A DNA stretch of 47,270 bases. It comes from an uncultured Anaerolineaceae bacterium. Lineage in GTDB: Bacteria; Chloroflexota; Anaerolineae; Anaerolineales; E44-bin32. The notes under the pieces were generated by a model. That model saw nothing but the letters and a program-made list of their open reading frames with translations, did not search any database and was not told the DNA's origin. Shown here one piece after another: positions 1 through 9,103 of the stretch. The stretch covers positions 1 to 47,270 of the forward strand of contig CAZMZL010000003.1 of assembly GCA_964570595.1 (NCBI GenBank). The letters are read 5' to 3'. Every line of letters begins with the position of its first letter. The stretch's first letter is position 1. Position numbers and translations under genes: made by a program.

Positions 1-447
1 AACCTTCAATATGCCGCGCCGCTGGCCGAACAGGCGAATGTGATTTTCACCATCGAGATGCTCAATCCCATCGACAATCCAGGATATTTCCTGACGTCAA
101 CCGTTCAGGGGATTGAAATCGTAGCCGAAATCGACCATGCGCATATTAAATTTCAATTCGATACCTATCACGTCCAACTTATGGAGGGAAATGTGACCCA
201 GATGTTGGTCGATAACATGCCGAGTATCGGCCACATCCAGTTTGCGGATGTCCCCGGCCGGCACGAGCCGGGCACTGGAGAATTGAACTTCGGCAATATT
301 CAAGCCGCCGTTTCTGATGCCGGCTATAGCGGATACATTGGATTGGAATACATTCCCAAGGCGAAGGGCATGGAAGCCCTGGCGTGGTGTAATGTCGGAC
401 CGACAATCAATGAAGAACCATTACCCAATATAAGGAGCGAATCATGA
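1..447 (+). CDS. Hydroxypyruvate isomerase / 2-oxo-tetronate isomerase family protein (xylose-isomerase-like TIM barrel), 5'-truncated by the window edge
   Basis: Frame 1 is open from base 1 (NLQYAAPLAEQANVIFTIEMLNP...). The C-terminal half matches remembered E. coli Hyi motifs (IEPIN-like, Q(F/Y)DxYHxQxMEG, GHIQxAD.PGRHEPGTGE.N, GxxGxEYxP). Stop TGA 445-447 overlaps the next ATG (ATGA). Confidence 0.85.
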   Translation, partial: NLQYAAPLAEQANVIFTIEMLNPIDNPGYFLTSTVQGIEIVAEIDHAHIKFQFDTYHVQLMEGNVTQMLVDNMPSIGHIQFADVPGRHEPGTGELNFGNIQAAVSDAGYSGYIGLEYIPKAKGMEALAWCNVGPTINEEPLPNIRSES

Positions 448-1268
448 GACCACTTTTCAAAGTCGCACCCGAGGGGGGGCATCAATCCATATTTCAGTCT
501 GGGGAGGAGGATATTCACTGGTTGGGCTTAGAAGTCCTGCGTCTGGAACCCGGGGAATCGTGGGAGGGGTCGCTTGCCGATGAGGAAGCAGCCTTCGTGT
601 TGCTCAGCGGAGGGAGCGACATCAGCGTCGAAAACGGGAAGCGGGAGTCTTGGTCCGGTTTGGGGGCTCGGGGAGACATTTTCAGCGGTTCGGCGACGGC
701 AGTCTATGCGCCTCGCAAAAGTAATGTTAAAGTTGCGGCAACCTCTAAGCTTGAAATCGCCATTGCGAAAGCACCCTGTGAGGTTGATTTACCCGCGAGG
801 CTCATCCAACCAACCGATGTAAAAGTCGTATCGTCGGGGATGGCGAACTGGCGCCGCGATGTGCGTTTGATCATTCCCCCTGGATCCCCCATAAGCCAGC
901 GTCTCATCGTTGGAGAGACACTTAATCCACCGGGTAATTGGTCCGGGATTCCGCCTCACAAACACGATCAGGTGACGGAAGAGGAAAACTTCCTGGAGGA
1001 GTTCTACCTTTTCAAAGCCAAGCCAGCTGACAGTTATGGCCTTCAATTAATGTACAAGGATGGAGAGGGTCAGGGTCATATCGTCGGCAATGATGATGTC
1101 ACCGTGATGCTGAGTGGGTACCATCCCACGGTCGCTTCTCCGGGCACGACGATCTGCTATCTATGGGTGCTTTCAGGCGAAGACAAAGGCTACAAAATTG
1201 CGATCGATCCGCGCTTTGGGTGGGTGAGCAATGCCGAAGCGGTGTTAAAGGAAGAGCAGCAAGGTTAG
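444..1268 (+). CDS. iolB: 5-deoxy-glucuronate isomerase (IolB, KduI/IolB cupin family)
   Basis: GNWSGIPPHKHDQ...EENFLEEFYLF and GYHPT closely match remembered B. subtilis IolB (GNWSSYPPHKHDQ..., GYHP). AAGGAG lies 6 nt upstream of the ATG. ATGA overlap with the upstream gene. Confidence 0.85.
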   Translation: MRPLFKVAPEGGHQSIFQSGEEDIHWLGLEVLRLEPGESWEGSLADEEAAFVLLSGGSDISVENGKRESWSGLGARGDIFSGSATAVYAPRKSNVKVAATSKLEIAIAKAPCEVDLPARLIQPTDVKVVSSGMANWRRDVRLIIPPGSPISQRLIVGETLNPPGNWSGIPPHKHDQVTEEENFLEEFYLFKAKPADSYGLQLMYKDGEGQGHIVGNDDVTVMLSGYHPTVASPGTTICYLWVLSGEDKGYKIAIDPRFGWVSNAEAVLKEEQQG

Positions 1269-1285
1269 GAGAGCGATGAGTTAAA

Positions 1286-2167
1286 ATGATGAAACCATAC
1301 GGCATCATTCCCGCGATGGTGACACCACTCACCAACGATGATGAGATCAACGAATCCGCATTACGAAAGCTGACCAATCATTTGATCGACGGAGGATCGC
1401 ATGGTTTATTCGCCGTAGGGAGTCAGGGGGAGTTTTGGGCTTTTTCGGCTGACGAGAAACGCCGCATCACAGAAATCGTTGTGGATGAGGCGAATGGTCG
1501 CACGTCCGTCTATGCAGGAACGGCTGCGATCACGACGAGAGAAGCCGTTGCACTTACCAAAGACGCTGAGGCCATCGGCGTGGATGCAGTTTCGATCCTG
1601 ACGCCATACTTTCTCTCTCCAAGCGAGCGCGAACTGTACGATCATTACCGGACCATCGCAGAAGCGACCTCCCTGCCCATCGTACTCTACAGCAATCCCG
1701 CCCGTACGGGTGTGAACATCTCGCCGGGATTACTCAGCCAATTGGCTGAGATTGACAACATTGTTGGGATAAAGGATTCAAGCGGAGATTTACAGCTTAT
1801 GGCGCAATATGTTCGAGTTGCCCCTGATGATTTCTCCGTACTGATGGGGAGGGACACGCTCATCCTTGCAGGACTGATCTATGGGGCGAAGGGCTCGATC
1901 GCTGCGACGGCGAATGTTCGACCGGATCTCGTGGCGAGTATTTATGAGCGTTTCATCGCCGGTGACATCGCTGGGGCGCGCGAATCTCAAGATGCGCTGG
2001 CTCCCCTACGACTCGCATTTTCCTGGGGGACCTTTCCGGTGGTCATCAAGGAGGCCCTCGACCTTATGGGGTTGGAAGCAGGCCCTTCAAGGGCGCCTGT
2101 AGGTCCCATGACACTGGAGAAGCGTGAAGCGTTGAAAGAAGTATTAAAAGAAATGGGAGTTCTTTAA
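1286..2167 (+). CDS. DapA/N-acetylneuraminate-lyase family class I aldolase (dihydrodipicolinate synthase-like; possible 2-keto-3-deoxy-acid aldolase)
   Basis: N-terminus GIIPAMVTPLTNDDEINESALRKLTNHLIDGGSHGLFAVGSQGEF is the typical DapA-family signature. An IVGIKDSSGD Schiff-base lysine region is present. 293 aa. Confidence 0.85.
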   Translation: MMKPYGIIPAMVTPLTNDDEINESALRKLTNHLIDGGSHGLFAVGSQGEFWAFSADEKRRITEIVVDEANGRTSVYAGTAAITTREAVALTKDAEAIGVDAVSILTPYFLSPSERELYDHYRTIAEATSLPIVLYSNPARTGVNISPGLLSQLAEIDNIVGIKDSSGDLQLMAQYVRVAPDDFSVLMGRDTLILAGLIYGAKGSIAATANVRPDLVASIYERFIAGDIAGARESQDALAPLRLAFSWGTFPVVIKEALDLMGLEAGPSRAPVGPMTLEKREALKEVLKEMGVL

Positions 2168-2185
2168 AAGCAGAGGAGTTAGTTG

Positions 2186-3235
2186 ATGAAGGGAAAAATG
2201 CGAGCTATTCAGAAGGTGCGACGTGAGCCAGGCTTCGACCTGGTTGAGGTCGATATCCCCGAGATCGCCTCGGAAGAAGTATTGGTAAAAGTACATGCTA
2301 CGGCGATCTGTGGGAGTGATGTGCATTTCTATAACTGGGATGATTTCGCAAAAAGCAAGCTCAATCCACCCATTACGATCGGACATGAGTTCGCTGGTGA
2401 GATTGTCGAAGTTGGGGACCGGGTGAAGCGATTTCAGTCCGGGGACCGAGTCGCCGCCGACAGCCATATCGTCTGCGGTGAGTGTGCCGTGTGCAAGATC
2501 GGCTTGCAGCATATCTGCCAGAACCTGAAGATCTTCGGCAATGAAACGGATGGCAGTTTTGCAGAGTACGTTGCCGTACCGGAGACGTCTTTGTGGCCGC
2601 TTGCAGATGATGTTTCTTTCGATATCGGCGCGATTCTCGAGCCGCTTGGGGGCGCTGTGCAAGCTGTGCTTGTGGAACCCGTCACTGCCAAGTCCGTGGC
2701 CATCTTTGGCGATGGTCCCATCGGATTGTTCGCTGTCGGCGTCGCTCGTGCTGCGGGCGCTCGCAAGATCTATCATGTCGGTGTGATCGAAGATCGCCTC
2801 GCTATCTCAAAGCAAATGGGCGCGGACGTGATTATTAATAACCTGAAGGAAGGAGTCGATGCCGTCCAGGTGATCCTTGATGGAACCGGGGGCGTTGGGG
2901 TTGACGTCGCCGTCGAGTTGGCCGGGGCGCATCAAACGAACAAACAGGCATTTGAGACCGTGCGCAAGGGCGGACGGGTGACCCTTTTCGGGATCTCTTC
3001 CACGCCAATGGAGTTCGACTTCAATTACTCCATCATCTTACGGCAGGTTCGAGCGCAGGGCGTGGCAGGACGGCACATGTGGGATACGTGGCATATGATG
3101 GACGGTCTACTCGAAGCCGGGCTCGATCCACAGCCCGTCATTACATGCGTGCTTCCAATGGAGCAGTGGGAAGATGGCTTGAAGCAAATGGTTGCTAAAG
3201 AATGCGGGAAGGTGATTATCAAGCCCCAACTCTAG
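2186..3235 (+). CDS. Zn-dependent medium-chain dehydrogenase (L-threonine 3-dehydrogenase / sorbitol / sugar 1-dehydrogenase-like)
   Basis: CGSDVH, GHEFAGEIVEVG and the structural-Zn cysteines CGECAVCKIGLQHIC are present, plus a Rossmann GDGPIGL. I prefer ATG 2186 (GAGGAG 7 nt upstream) over the tracked TTG at 2183. Confidence 0.85.
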   Translation: MKGKMRAIQKVRREPGFDLVEVDIPEIASEEVLVKVHATAICGSDVHFYNWDDFAKSKLNPPITIGHEFAGEIVEVGDRVKRFQSGDRVAADSHIVCGECAVCKIGLQHICQNLKIFGNETDGSFAEYVAVPETSLWPLADDVSFDIGAILEPLGGAVQAVLVEPVTAKSVAIFGDGPIGLFAVGVARAAGARKIYHVGVIEDRLAISKQMGADVIINNLKEGVDAVQVILDGTGGVGVDVAVELAGAHQTNKQAFETVRKGGRVTLFGISSTPMEFDFNYSIILRQVRAQGVAGRHMWDTWHMMDGLLEAGLDPQPVITCVLPMEQWEDGLKQMVAKECGKVIIKPQL

Positions 3236-3278
3236 CTATCCGAGATGAAGATTTATGCTGCATATCAGGAGTGATGCT

Positions 3279-4421
3279 ATGAGCAATGAAGAGAAGATTA
3301 ATTATGAAGAGATCGAGATTGTGGGCGATGGCCGCGGCACCATGCAGGGAGATTACCTTCTGAACAAAGATCGACCTATGGATCGCATCCGCTGGTTGCT
3401 GGAGTGTTTCCCGGAGTGGGGGCAATTCCTCAATCGGCAGATCGAAGAAACCGTAGTCGAAGAAGGTACTTTTGCCATGTGGTGGACGGGCGGTATGGGG
3501 TTTATCATCAAGTCTCCAGGCGGCGCCGTCCTCCTGGTGGATAATTACGCCGGGCCAGCGCACTACACGGAGTACGAATATTGCGGCGTGTGCCGCACGA
3601 GCGGATCGCCAACGATCGACTGGCTGCGACTCAACCCGCAGGTGATCGATATTTGGGGTTTCGAGACGCTCGATGGAGTCTTCTGCAGTCACCAGCATGC
3701 GGATCATACCGATATCTACACACTGAAAGCCGCCACACAGACGAGCGACTGTTCTTTTTATGCCCCGCTCTCATCCGTCGAGCGCATGCGCATATTTCAG
3801 GTTCCCGAGGATCGAATTAATCTCGTCCGTCCTGGCGAGAAATATCAAATCAAGGATGTGGAAATCGAGATCCTTCCCAACTATGATCGCATCGCCACGA
3901 TGACGGGCGGTCCCGGCGTCGAGACCAAACCAGGTCTACGTCGACCTTATGATGACGTTGCCGTGACCTTTTTCTTCAAGATCGGCGGCGTGAATCTGGC
4001 ACATCTCGCAGATACACTTTTTCAGAATGCCTACACGACGTTCAAACAGTACAACATTGATGTGATTACGTTCAACATCGGGACGAATGCGCCAGGCGCT
4101 ACGGATAAGATGACCCCATACGACGCAGTACGCATGGCTCAGACGATCGATGCAAAGGTCCTTATGCCCATGCACTGGGACAATTGGGGCAACACCTACG
4201 CGGATCCCGAAGAAGTTGTATGGGTTGCGGAGCGACATCTCCCGGAGGCGAAGATTGTCATTCCGGCCTGGGGCGTGAAGTGGGTCTATCCGAACGAAGC
4301 CGACATCGGTCGGATGAAGTGGGAAGACTGGCGCGAGCGCTATCGCCCGGAATACTCCTGGGAGTACGGCAAGCCAGCCGCAGAAGCGGCTGAAGAACGG
4401 GGAGAGTTCATACCCTATTAA
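3279..4421 (+). CDS. UlaG-like metallo-beta-lactamase-fold lactonase (L-ascorbate-6-phosphate lactonase family)
   Basis: ECFPEWGQFLNRQIEE..VEEGTFAMWWTGGMGFIIKSPGG parallels remembered E. coli UlaG ([36 protein letters not shown]). HQHADHTD metal motif. ITDKMT-like ATDKMTPYD and the MPMHWDNW tail are present. ATG 3279 has AGGAG 7 nt upstream; the tracked ATG at 3255 is possible. Confidence 0.8.
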   Translation: MSNEEKINYEEIEIVGDGRGTMQGDYLLNKDRPMDRIRWLLECFPEWGQFLNRQIEETVVEEGTFAMWWTGGMGFIIKSPGGAVLLVDNYAGPAHYTEYEYCGVCRTSGSPTIDWLRLNPQVIDIWGFETLDGVFCSHQHADHTDIYTLKAATQTSDCSFYAPLSSVERMRIFQVPEDRINLVRPGEKYQIKDVEIEILPNYDRIATMTGGPGVETKPGLRRPYDDVAVTFFFKIGGVNLAHLADTLFQNAYTTFKQYNIDVITFNIGTNAPGATDKMTPYDAVRMAQTIDAKVLMPMHWDNWGNTYADPEEVVWVAERHLPEAKIVIPAWGVKWVYPNEADIGRMKWEDWRERYRPEYSWEYGKPAAEAAEERGEFIPY

Positions 4422-4479
4422 CGAGGCGCGAGAAAGAACCATTCCGTCGATAAACGTTGACAGAAAGGGGAAGGTACGC

Positions 4480-5361
4480 ATGCAGAAGGTCGGGTTCATT
4501 GGTCTTGGGTTGATGGGGGGCCCGATGGCGGCGAACGTCGCCAGAGCAGGATTTCCGCTGATCGTATTCAACCGAAGCCCTGACAAGGCAGATCCAGTTG
4601 TTCAACTGGGCGCAAAACTCGCGGCCTCCCCAAAGGAAGTCGCAGATAACAGCGAAGTCGTCGTGATGATGTTGAGTGACGCCTCCGCCGTAAGGGCGGT
4701 TCTGGAAGGGGAGCTGGGTTTAGTGGCCGGGTCGGATGAGGGGCTGGTCGTGATCGATATGAGCACGGTGTCGCCAGATGAATCTCGCGGCACTGCCGCA
4801 CTCCTCAATGCGCATGGAATTCGCATGCTCGACGCGCCGGTCTACGGCAGCACAGGACCGGCAGCGGAAGGCACGCTGGGGATCATGGTGGGCGGGGACA
4901 AGGATCTTTTCGAATCGCAAAAATCCTTGCTGGGTGCGATGGGGAAGAACATCTTCTATATGGGCGATCAGGGAAGCGGGGCAGCCGTCAAGTTGTGCTT
5001 CAACCTGATGGTGGCGGGACAGGTGATTTCGCTCGCCGAGGCTATGGTCCTCGCGGCTAAGGCAGGGCTCGATCTCAAGCAGGTCGGCGAGGTGGTTACC
5101 TCCAGTGGAATCAATTCAAAATTGATCGAGCGAAAAATCGACAACATCGTCACGGACAACTATGCGCCGGCATTCCCGCTAAAACATATGCACAAAGATT
5201 TGGGCTTGATGGTGAATGCTTCAATCGATCTCGATGCGTCTCTACCCACGACGGGGTTAACGCATCAATTGTACACAGCAGCTCGAGCGTCCGGATTCGC
5301 AGAGGAAGATTTCGCGGCCGTCTTCAAGGTCCTTGCACAGATGTCTGCTGTGAAAGCATAA
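4480..5361 (+). CDS. 3-hydroxyisobutyrate dehydrogenase family NAD(P)-oxidoreductase (tartronate-semialdehyde / L-threonate / sulfolactaldehyde reductase-like)
   Basis: N-terminal VGFIGLGLMGGPMAANVARAG dinucleotide fold. Central GSGAAVKLCFN and C-terminal KDLGL motifs are typical of the GarR/MmsB/YihU family. Confidence 0.85.
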   Translation: MQKVGFIGLGLMGGPMAANVARAGFPLIVFNRSPDKADPVVQLGAKLAASPKEVADNSEVVVMMLSDASAVRAVLEGELGLVAGSDEGLVVIDMSTVSPDESRGTAALLNAHGIRMLDAPVYGSTGPAAEGTLGIMVGGDKDLFESQKSLLGAMGKNIFYMGDQGSGAAVKLCFNLMVAGQVISLAEAMVLAAKAGLDLKQVGEVVTSSGINSKLIERKIDNIVTDNYAPAFPLKHMHKDLGLMVNASIDLDASLPTTGLTHQLYTAARASGFAEEDFAAVFKVLAQMSAVKA

Positions 5362-5392
5362 GACGCTTGATAATGCCCGGGAGGTGCAACCA

Positions 5393-6265
5393 GTGAGCAA
5401 AGAAGTGAGGTATTACGCTCCGGATACGATGGAGGAAGCTCTCCAGATCTTAAAGGAGCACGGATCAACCGTCAGTGTGCTTGCGGGAGGAACGGATCTG
5501 GTCCGGGACATGAACCTTGAATTTAAGATACCTGACGGCATCATGTGGATTGGCAGGCTGGGACTCGAGTATGTCGAACCCGATGTCGACGTCATCCGCG
5601 TGGGCGCGGGCACAAGGATGCAAACGGCGGCATCCTCAAGCCTGATCCAGGAAAAAGCGCGTGCGCTTGCCGACGCGGCGGGAAAGATGGCGAGTCCTCC
5701 AGTCCGGTCTCTGGCGACGCTGGGCGGGAATCTGTGCAATGCTTCACCGGGTGCGGATACCGGCTGTGCGCTGTTGGGGCTGGATGCACAGGTCGTGTTG
5801 AAAAGTTTGTCCGGTGAGCGCGTGATCGAACTGCGGGAGTTTTTCACCGGGCCGAATGATACGGTGATCCATCCGGATGAGCTTATGACCGAGATACGCA
5901 TCCGACCTGTCGGGAATGAAGAAGGGTCATCCTATAAAAAGATCGGGCGCAGGAAGGCGATGACGTTAGCCGTGCTCAACACGACCGCACGCGTCAAATT
6001 GGACAGCGATGGCAACTGCGAGGCGGTGTACATCGCGGTAGGCGCGGCGGCACCGACACCGCTTCGGATCGAAAAAGCTGAAAAGCTCCTTGTCGGCCAA
6101 CCCTTTACCGAGGAAGTTATACGCGAAGCCGCGAAAATCGCGTCGGAGGAAATCAAACCGATCGATGATGTTCACGGAACGGTGTGGTATCGGCGCAAGG
6201 TCGCGCGGGTTCTTGTCGAACAGACATTGCGAGAAGCGGGCGGGCTCAACGGAGGCGTGAAATGA
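5393..6265 (+). CDS. Molybdenum hydroxylase FAD-binding (medium) subunit, CoxM/XdhB/NdhF-like
   Basis: Y.APDTMEEALQILKEHG....LAGGTDL and TLGGNLCNASPGAD are FAD_binding_5/CO_deh_flav_C signatures. GTG 5393 has GGGAGG 8 nt upstream; the tracked start is GTG 5384. The stop overlaps the next ATG (ATGA, 6262-6265). Confidence 0.85.
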   Translation: MSKEVRYYAPDTMEEALQILKEHGSTVSVLAGGTDLVRDMNLEFKIPDGIMWIGRLGLEYVEPDVDVIRVGAGTRMQTAASSSLIQEKARALADAAGKMASPPVRSLATLGGNLCNASPGADTGCALLGLDAQVVLKSLSGERVIELREFFTGPNDTVIHPDELMTEIRIRPVGNEEGSSYKKIGRRKAMTLAVLNTTARVKLDSDGNCEAVYIAVGAAAPTPLRIEKAEKLLVGQPFTEEVIREAAKIASEEIKPIDDVHGTVWYRRKVARVLVEQTLREAGGLNGGVK

Positions 6266-6729
6266 ATTACCCCATCACTTTTACACTCAACGGTGAACGA
6301 GTTGAGGTTGAAGCCCCCGCAACGGTGAACCTGCTCACCCTGCTGCGCGAAACCCTAGATCTGAAAGGGACAAAATTCGGCTGCGAGCAGGGCAACTGCG
6401 GCGCCTGCACGGTCAATATCGATGGCGAAGCCGTGAATTCATGCCTTGTGCTGGCGCTTACGGTCGATGGCAAAGAAGTAACCACGATCGAAGGGATCGG
6501 AACGCCGGAAGGACCCCATGCGCTGCAGAAGGCTTTTACAGAACACTACGGTGCGCAGTGCGGTTTCTGCACACCCGGCATGATCATGGCGTTGAAGCCA
6601 CTGGTCGAAAATCTTAAAGAACCCACTCGCGAAGATGTCGTTGAAGCGATTGTGGGGAACGTCTGTCGCTGCACGGGGTACAACAAAATCATCGAGTCGG
6701 TCCTGGCAGCTGCGGAAGAGACGAAGTAG
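6262..6729 (+). CDS. Molybdenum hydroxylase [2Fe-2S] (small) subunit, CoxS/XdhC-iron-sulfur/NdhS-like
   Basis: Two cysteine clusters are present: CEQGNCGACTV (plant-type) and CGFCTPGM...CRCTGY. The ATG at 6262 gives the usual MN..ITFTLNG start. The tracked upstream extension (6184-6261) is Arg-rich, overlaps the FAD subunit and is rejected. Confidence 0.9.
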   Translation: MNYPITFTLNGERVEVEAPATVNLLTLLRETLDLKGTKFGCEQGNCGACTVNIDGEAVNSCLVLALTVDGKEVTTIEGIGTPEGPHALQKAFTEHYGAQCGFCTPGMIMALKPLVENLKEPTREDVVEAIVGNVCRCTGYNKIIESVLAAAEETK

Positions 6730-6743
6730 CGGAGGAGATAATC

Positions 6744-8054
6744 ATGACGGATACAGCATACGTTGGTAAAAGACTCCCGCGCTACGATGGCATGCAGCAC
6801 GCAGTCGGGAAAACCCGCTTTGTGAACGACATTACACTTCCGGGCTTGCTGTATGTGAAAGCGTGGCGCTCCCCGGTGCCTTCCGCCAGGATCAAGAAAA
6901 TCGATGTGAGCAAAGCAGAAAAAGTTCCTGGCGTGGTTGCCGTCATCACCCACAAACATGTACCGAACAATCGTTACGGCTTTGCCGGTGACTATCCCGT
7001 TCTGGCGGATGAGGAAATACGTTACATCGGCCAGGAGGTTGCGGCGGTTGCAGCCATCGATGAAGAGACGGCGCGGAACGCGGTGGACCTGATCGAGGTG
7101 AAGCTCGAAGAACGGCCGCCTGTCCTGGATCCGTTTAAGGCCATGGAGCCCGATTCACCCAAGGTGCGTCCGGAAGGAAATCTGCTTTACTTCGAGGACA
7201 TGCCCTACCGACCTGTCCGGAAGGGCGATGTCGAGCCTGCCCTTGAAAAAGCCGATTATGTCGTGGAGGGTTACTACCGGACCGCGGCTCAAGAGCACTG
7301 CCCGATCGAAACACAGGTGAGCATCGCCCAGACCGATTCGATGGGCCGAACCCACATCCATTCCGTCACCCAGGCGGCATTCTTCAACCAGGGTACGATT
7401 GCGAGCATTCTGGATAAATCTCTCTCAAACGTGCATATGATCGCGGGCGTTGTCGGCGGCGGGTTCGGCGCGAAAAACGATCCGCACGCCGACCATATCT
7501 GTGCGGTGTTGTCGCTGTACACGGAAGGCAAACCCGTGAAGTGGCTGTGGACGCGTGAGGAAGAGTTCGTGGCATCCACCCATCGCGGATCGATGCATAT
7601 GTACTTTACCGACGGGGTTATGAAAGATGGCCGCATCATCGCCCGCAAGATAAAAAGTTATCGAGATGGCGGTGCCTACGTCTCTACGAATGATTACGTG
7701 CAGGGCAAGCACGCCTTCGGTGTGGCAGGTCCATACAATATCCCCAATGTGTATGTGGATGCGTACGTTGTTTTCACGAACAAAAGGCCCGCCAGCTCGA
7801 TGCGCGGATTCGGCCTCTATCAGGCTTCTTTCGCCCATGAGGTCCAGATGGAGCGCATCGCCAAGACGATCGGGATGGACTCGTGGCGTGTGCGTTTCGT
7901 CAACGCTGTCCATGACGGCAATCTCTCTCCAACTCAGGCGGAACTACATGCCTGCGCTCTGATTGAGGTGATGCAGGCGGCAGCGACTCGAGCGGGCATT
8001 AAGCTGGATGATGATCTCCTCAAGATGTCGTCCAAAATGGGCAGGGAGGCATAA
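6744..8054 (+). CDS. Molybdopterin-binding large subunit, N-terminal part (a/b-hammerhead plus first Moco domain), NdhL-like
   Basis: VGKRLPRYDGMQHAVGKTRFVND hammerhead start. GGGFGAK and the xanthine-dehydrogenase/aldehyde-oxidoreductase-type MRGFGLYQASFAHE motif are present. GGAGGAG SD. Ends TAA 8052-8054, immediately followed by ATG 8055. Confidence 0.85.
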   Translation: MTDTAYVGKRLPRYDGMQHAVGKTRFVNDITLPGLLYVKAWRSPVPSARIKKIDVSKAEKVPGVVAVITHKHVPNNRYGFAGDYPVLADEEIRYIGQEVAAVAAIDEETARNAVDLIEVKLEERPPVLDPFKAMEPDSPKVRPEGNLLYFEDMPYRPVRKGDVEPALEKADYVVEGYYRTAAQEHCPIETQVSIAQTDSMGRTHIHSVTQAAFFNQGTIASILDKSLSNVHMIAGVVGGGFGAKNDPHADHICAVLSLYTEGKPVKWLWTREEEFVASTHRGSMHMYFTDGVMKDGRIIARKIKSYRDGGAYVSTNDYVQGKHAFGVAGPYNIPNVYVDAYVVFTNKRPASSMRGFGLYQASFAHEVQMERIAKTIGMDSWRVRFVNAVHDGNLSPTQAELHACALIEVMQAAATRAGIKLDDDLLKMSSKMGREA

Positions 8055-9056
8055 ATGGCTACAAAACACGGAACGGGCATCGCAGCAGTCTGGTATTCCA
8101 CTGGAATGAGCGGCGGCGGTGACCCCAGTCAGGCCATGATCAAGATGCAGCCCGATGGAAGTGTGGACGTCATTATCGGGACGGTCGACATCGGGCAGGG
8201 TATCCGCTCTATCGCCCGCCAGATTGCCGCGCAGGAGCTGGGGGTTTCCATCGACAAGGTGAACGTCACCACGGTGGATACGGACAGCAGTCCACTGGAC
8301 ACGGGAACTTTTGCCAGTCGTGCTACACATCAAACCGGAAATGCCGTGCTCCTCGCAGCCAGAGAGGCGCGTGGGGTCCTTTTCGAGGTCGCCGCGGAGC
8401 AATTAGGCGTGGAAGCAGAGGAACTTGTTGCCGAGAATGATACTGTGGTCGTGCGGGATCGACCGGAACAGGCGATCCCCATCTCTGAAGTAGCTGGTCA
8501 TGCAACCTGGTCGGAGCGCAAATTGATTGCAGGCCGGGGCGCCTATGGTTGGCCGGTGGCCGAGATAGATCCACAAACAAGCAAAGGCGAGCCTCTGCAC
8601 AACATGGCCTATGGGGCGACGATCGCCGAAGTGGAGGTCGACACGGATACCGGCGAAGTCACCGTGCTCAAACTGGTCAGCGCTTATGACTGCGGCAAAG
8701 CGATCAACCCGATGCTGGTGGAAGGTCAGATCGATGGCGGCGCAGCGATGGGGCTGGGTTCTGCGCTGCTGGAAGAACTCCACCCATACTACCCGACGCT
8801 GGATCACTACCCGAAGGGTTTTTTCTCCTACATGATGCCGACCGCGAAAGACGTGCCGGATCTGGAAGCTGTGGTGGTTGAGATGAACTCCGAAAGCGGG
8901 CCTTATGGTGCCAAAGGCATCGGGGAGATGACCGCCAATTCCCAGGCTCCCGCGATTGTGAACGCGATCTATGATGCGGTCGGCATCTGGGTCATGGATG
9001 TCCCGGCTACTCCGGAGAAGGTGCTCCGGTTGCTGGAGGAAAAAGGAGCTGAATAG
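8055..9056 (+). CDS. Molybdopterin-binding large subunit, C-terminal part (second Moco domain), NdhM-like
   Basis: Starts exactly where single-chain enzymes have ..G.GIA..: HGTGIAAVWY...DGSVDVIIGTVDIGQG. C-terminal AKGIGEM carries the catalytic Glu of the XDH/AOR type. Zero-nt spacing from the upstream stop. Confidence 0.85.
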   Translation: MATKHGTGIAAVWYSTGMSGGGDPSQAMIKMQPDGSVDVIIGTVDIGQGIRSIARQIAAQELGVSIDKVNVTTVDTDSSPLDTGTFASRATHQTGNAVLLAAREARGVLFEVAAEQLGVEAEELVAENDTVVVRDRPEQAIPISEVAGHATWSERKLIAGRGAYGWPVAEIDPQTSKGEPLHNMAYGATIAEVEVDTDTGEVTVLKLVSAYDCGKAINPMLVEGQIDGGAAMGLGSALLEELHPYYPTLDHYPKGFFSYMMPTAKDVPDLEAVVVEMNSESGPYGAKGIGEMTANSQAPAIVNAIYDAVGIWVMDVPATPEKVLRLLEEKGAE

Positions 9057-9079
9057 GCGCTGCGCTTACAACCGCAGGG

Positions 9080-9103
9080 CGATGATGGTGGTCGACATCA
9101 TCG
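9080..9103 (+). other. 8-bp stem hairpin (CGATGATG-N8-CATCATCG) just after the Mo-hydroxylase genes
   Basis: The perfect inverted repeat was read directly. There is no following T-tract, so it is not a canonical intrinsic terminator. It lies in the only large gap (272 nt) of the operon. Confidence 0.3.

Noticed and set aside
6184-6261. 26-codon N-terminal extension of the 2Fe-2S subunit ORF in the supplied track
   Set aside because: The extension is Arg-rich, overlaps the end of the FAD subunit in another frame, and the internal ATG 6262 forms an ATGA coupling with the upstream stop. Small subunits of this family normally begin right before the first beta-strand (MN.ITFTLNG).
8052-8057. The Moco large-subunit split as a nonsense or frameshift pseudogene
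   Set aside because: The stop and ATG are directly adjacent, and the break coincides with the inter-domain boundary. Both halves retain their motifs, and the arrangement has a functional precedent (E. barkeri NdhL/NdhM). It is kept as a genuine two-cistron design, pending comparison with relatives.
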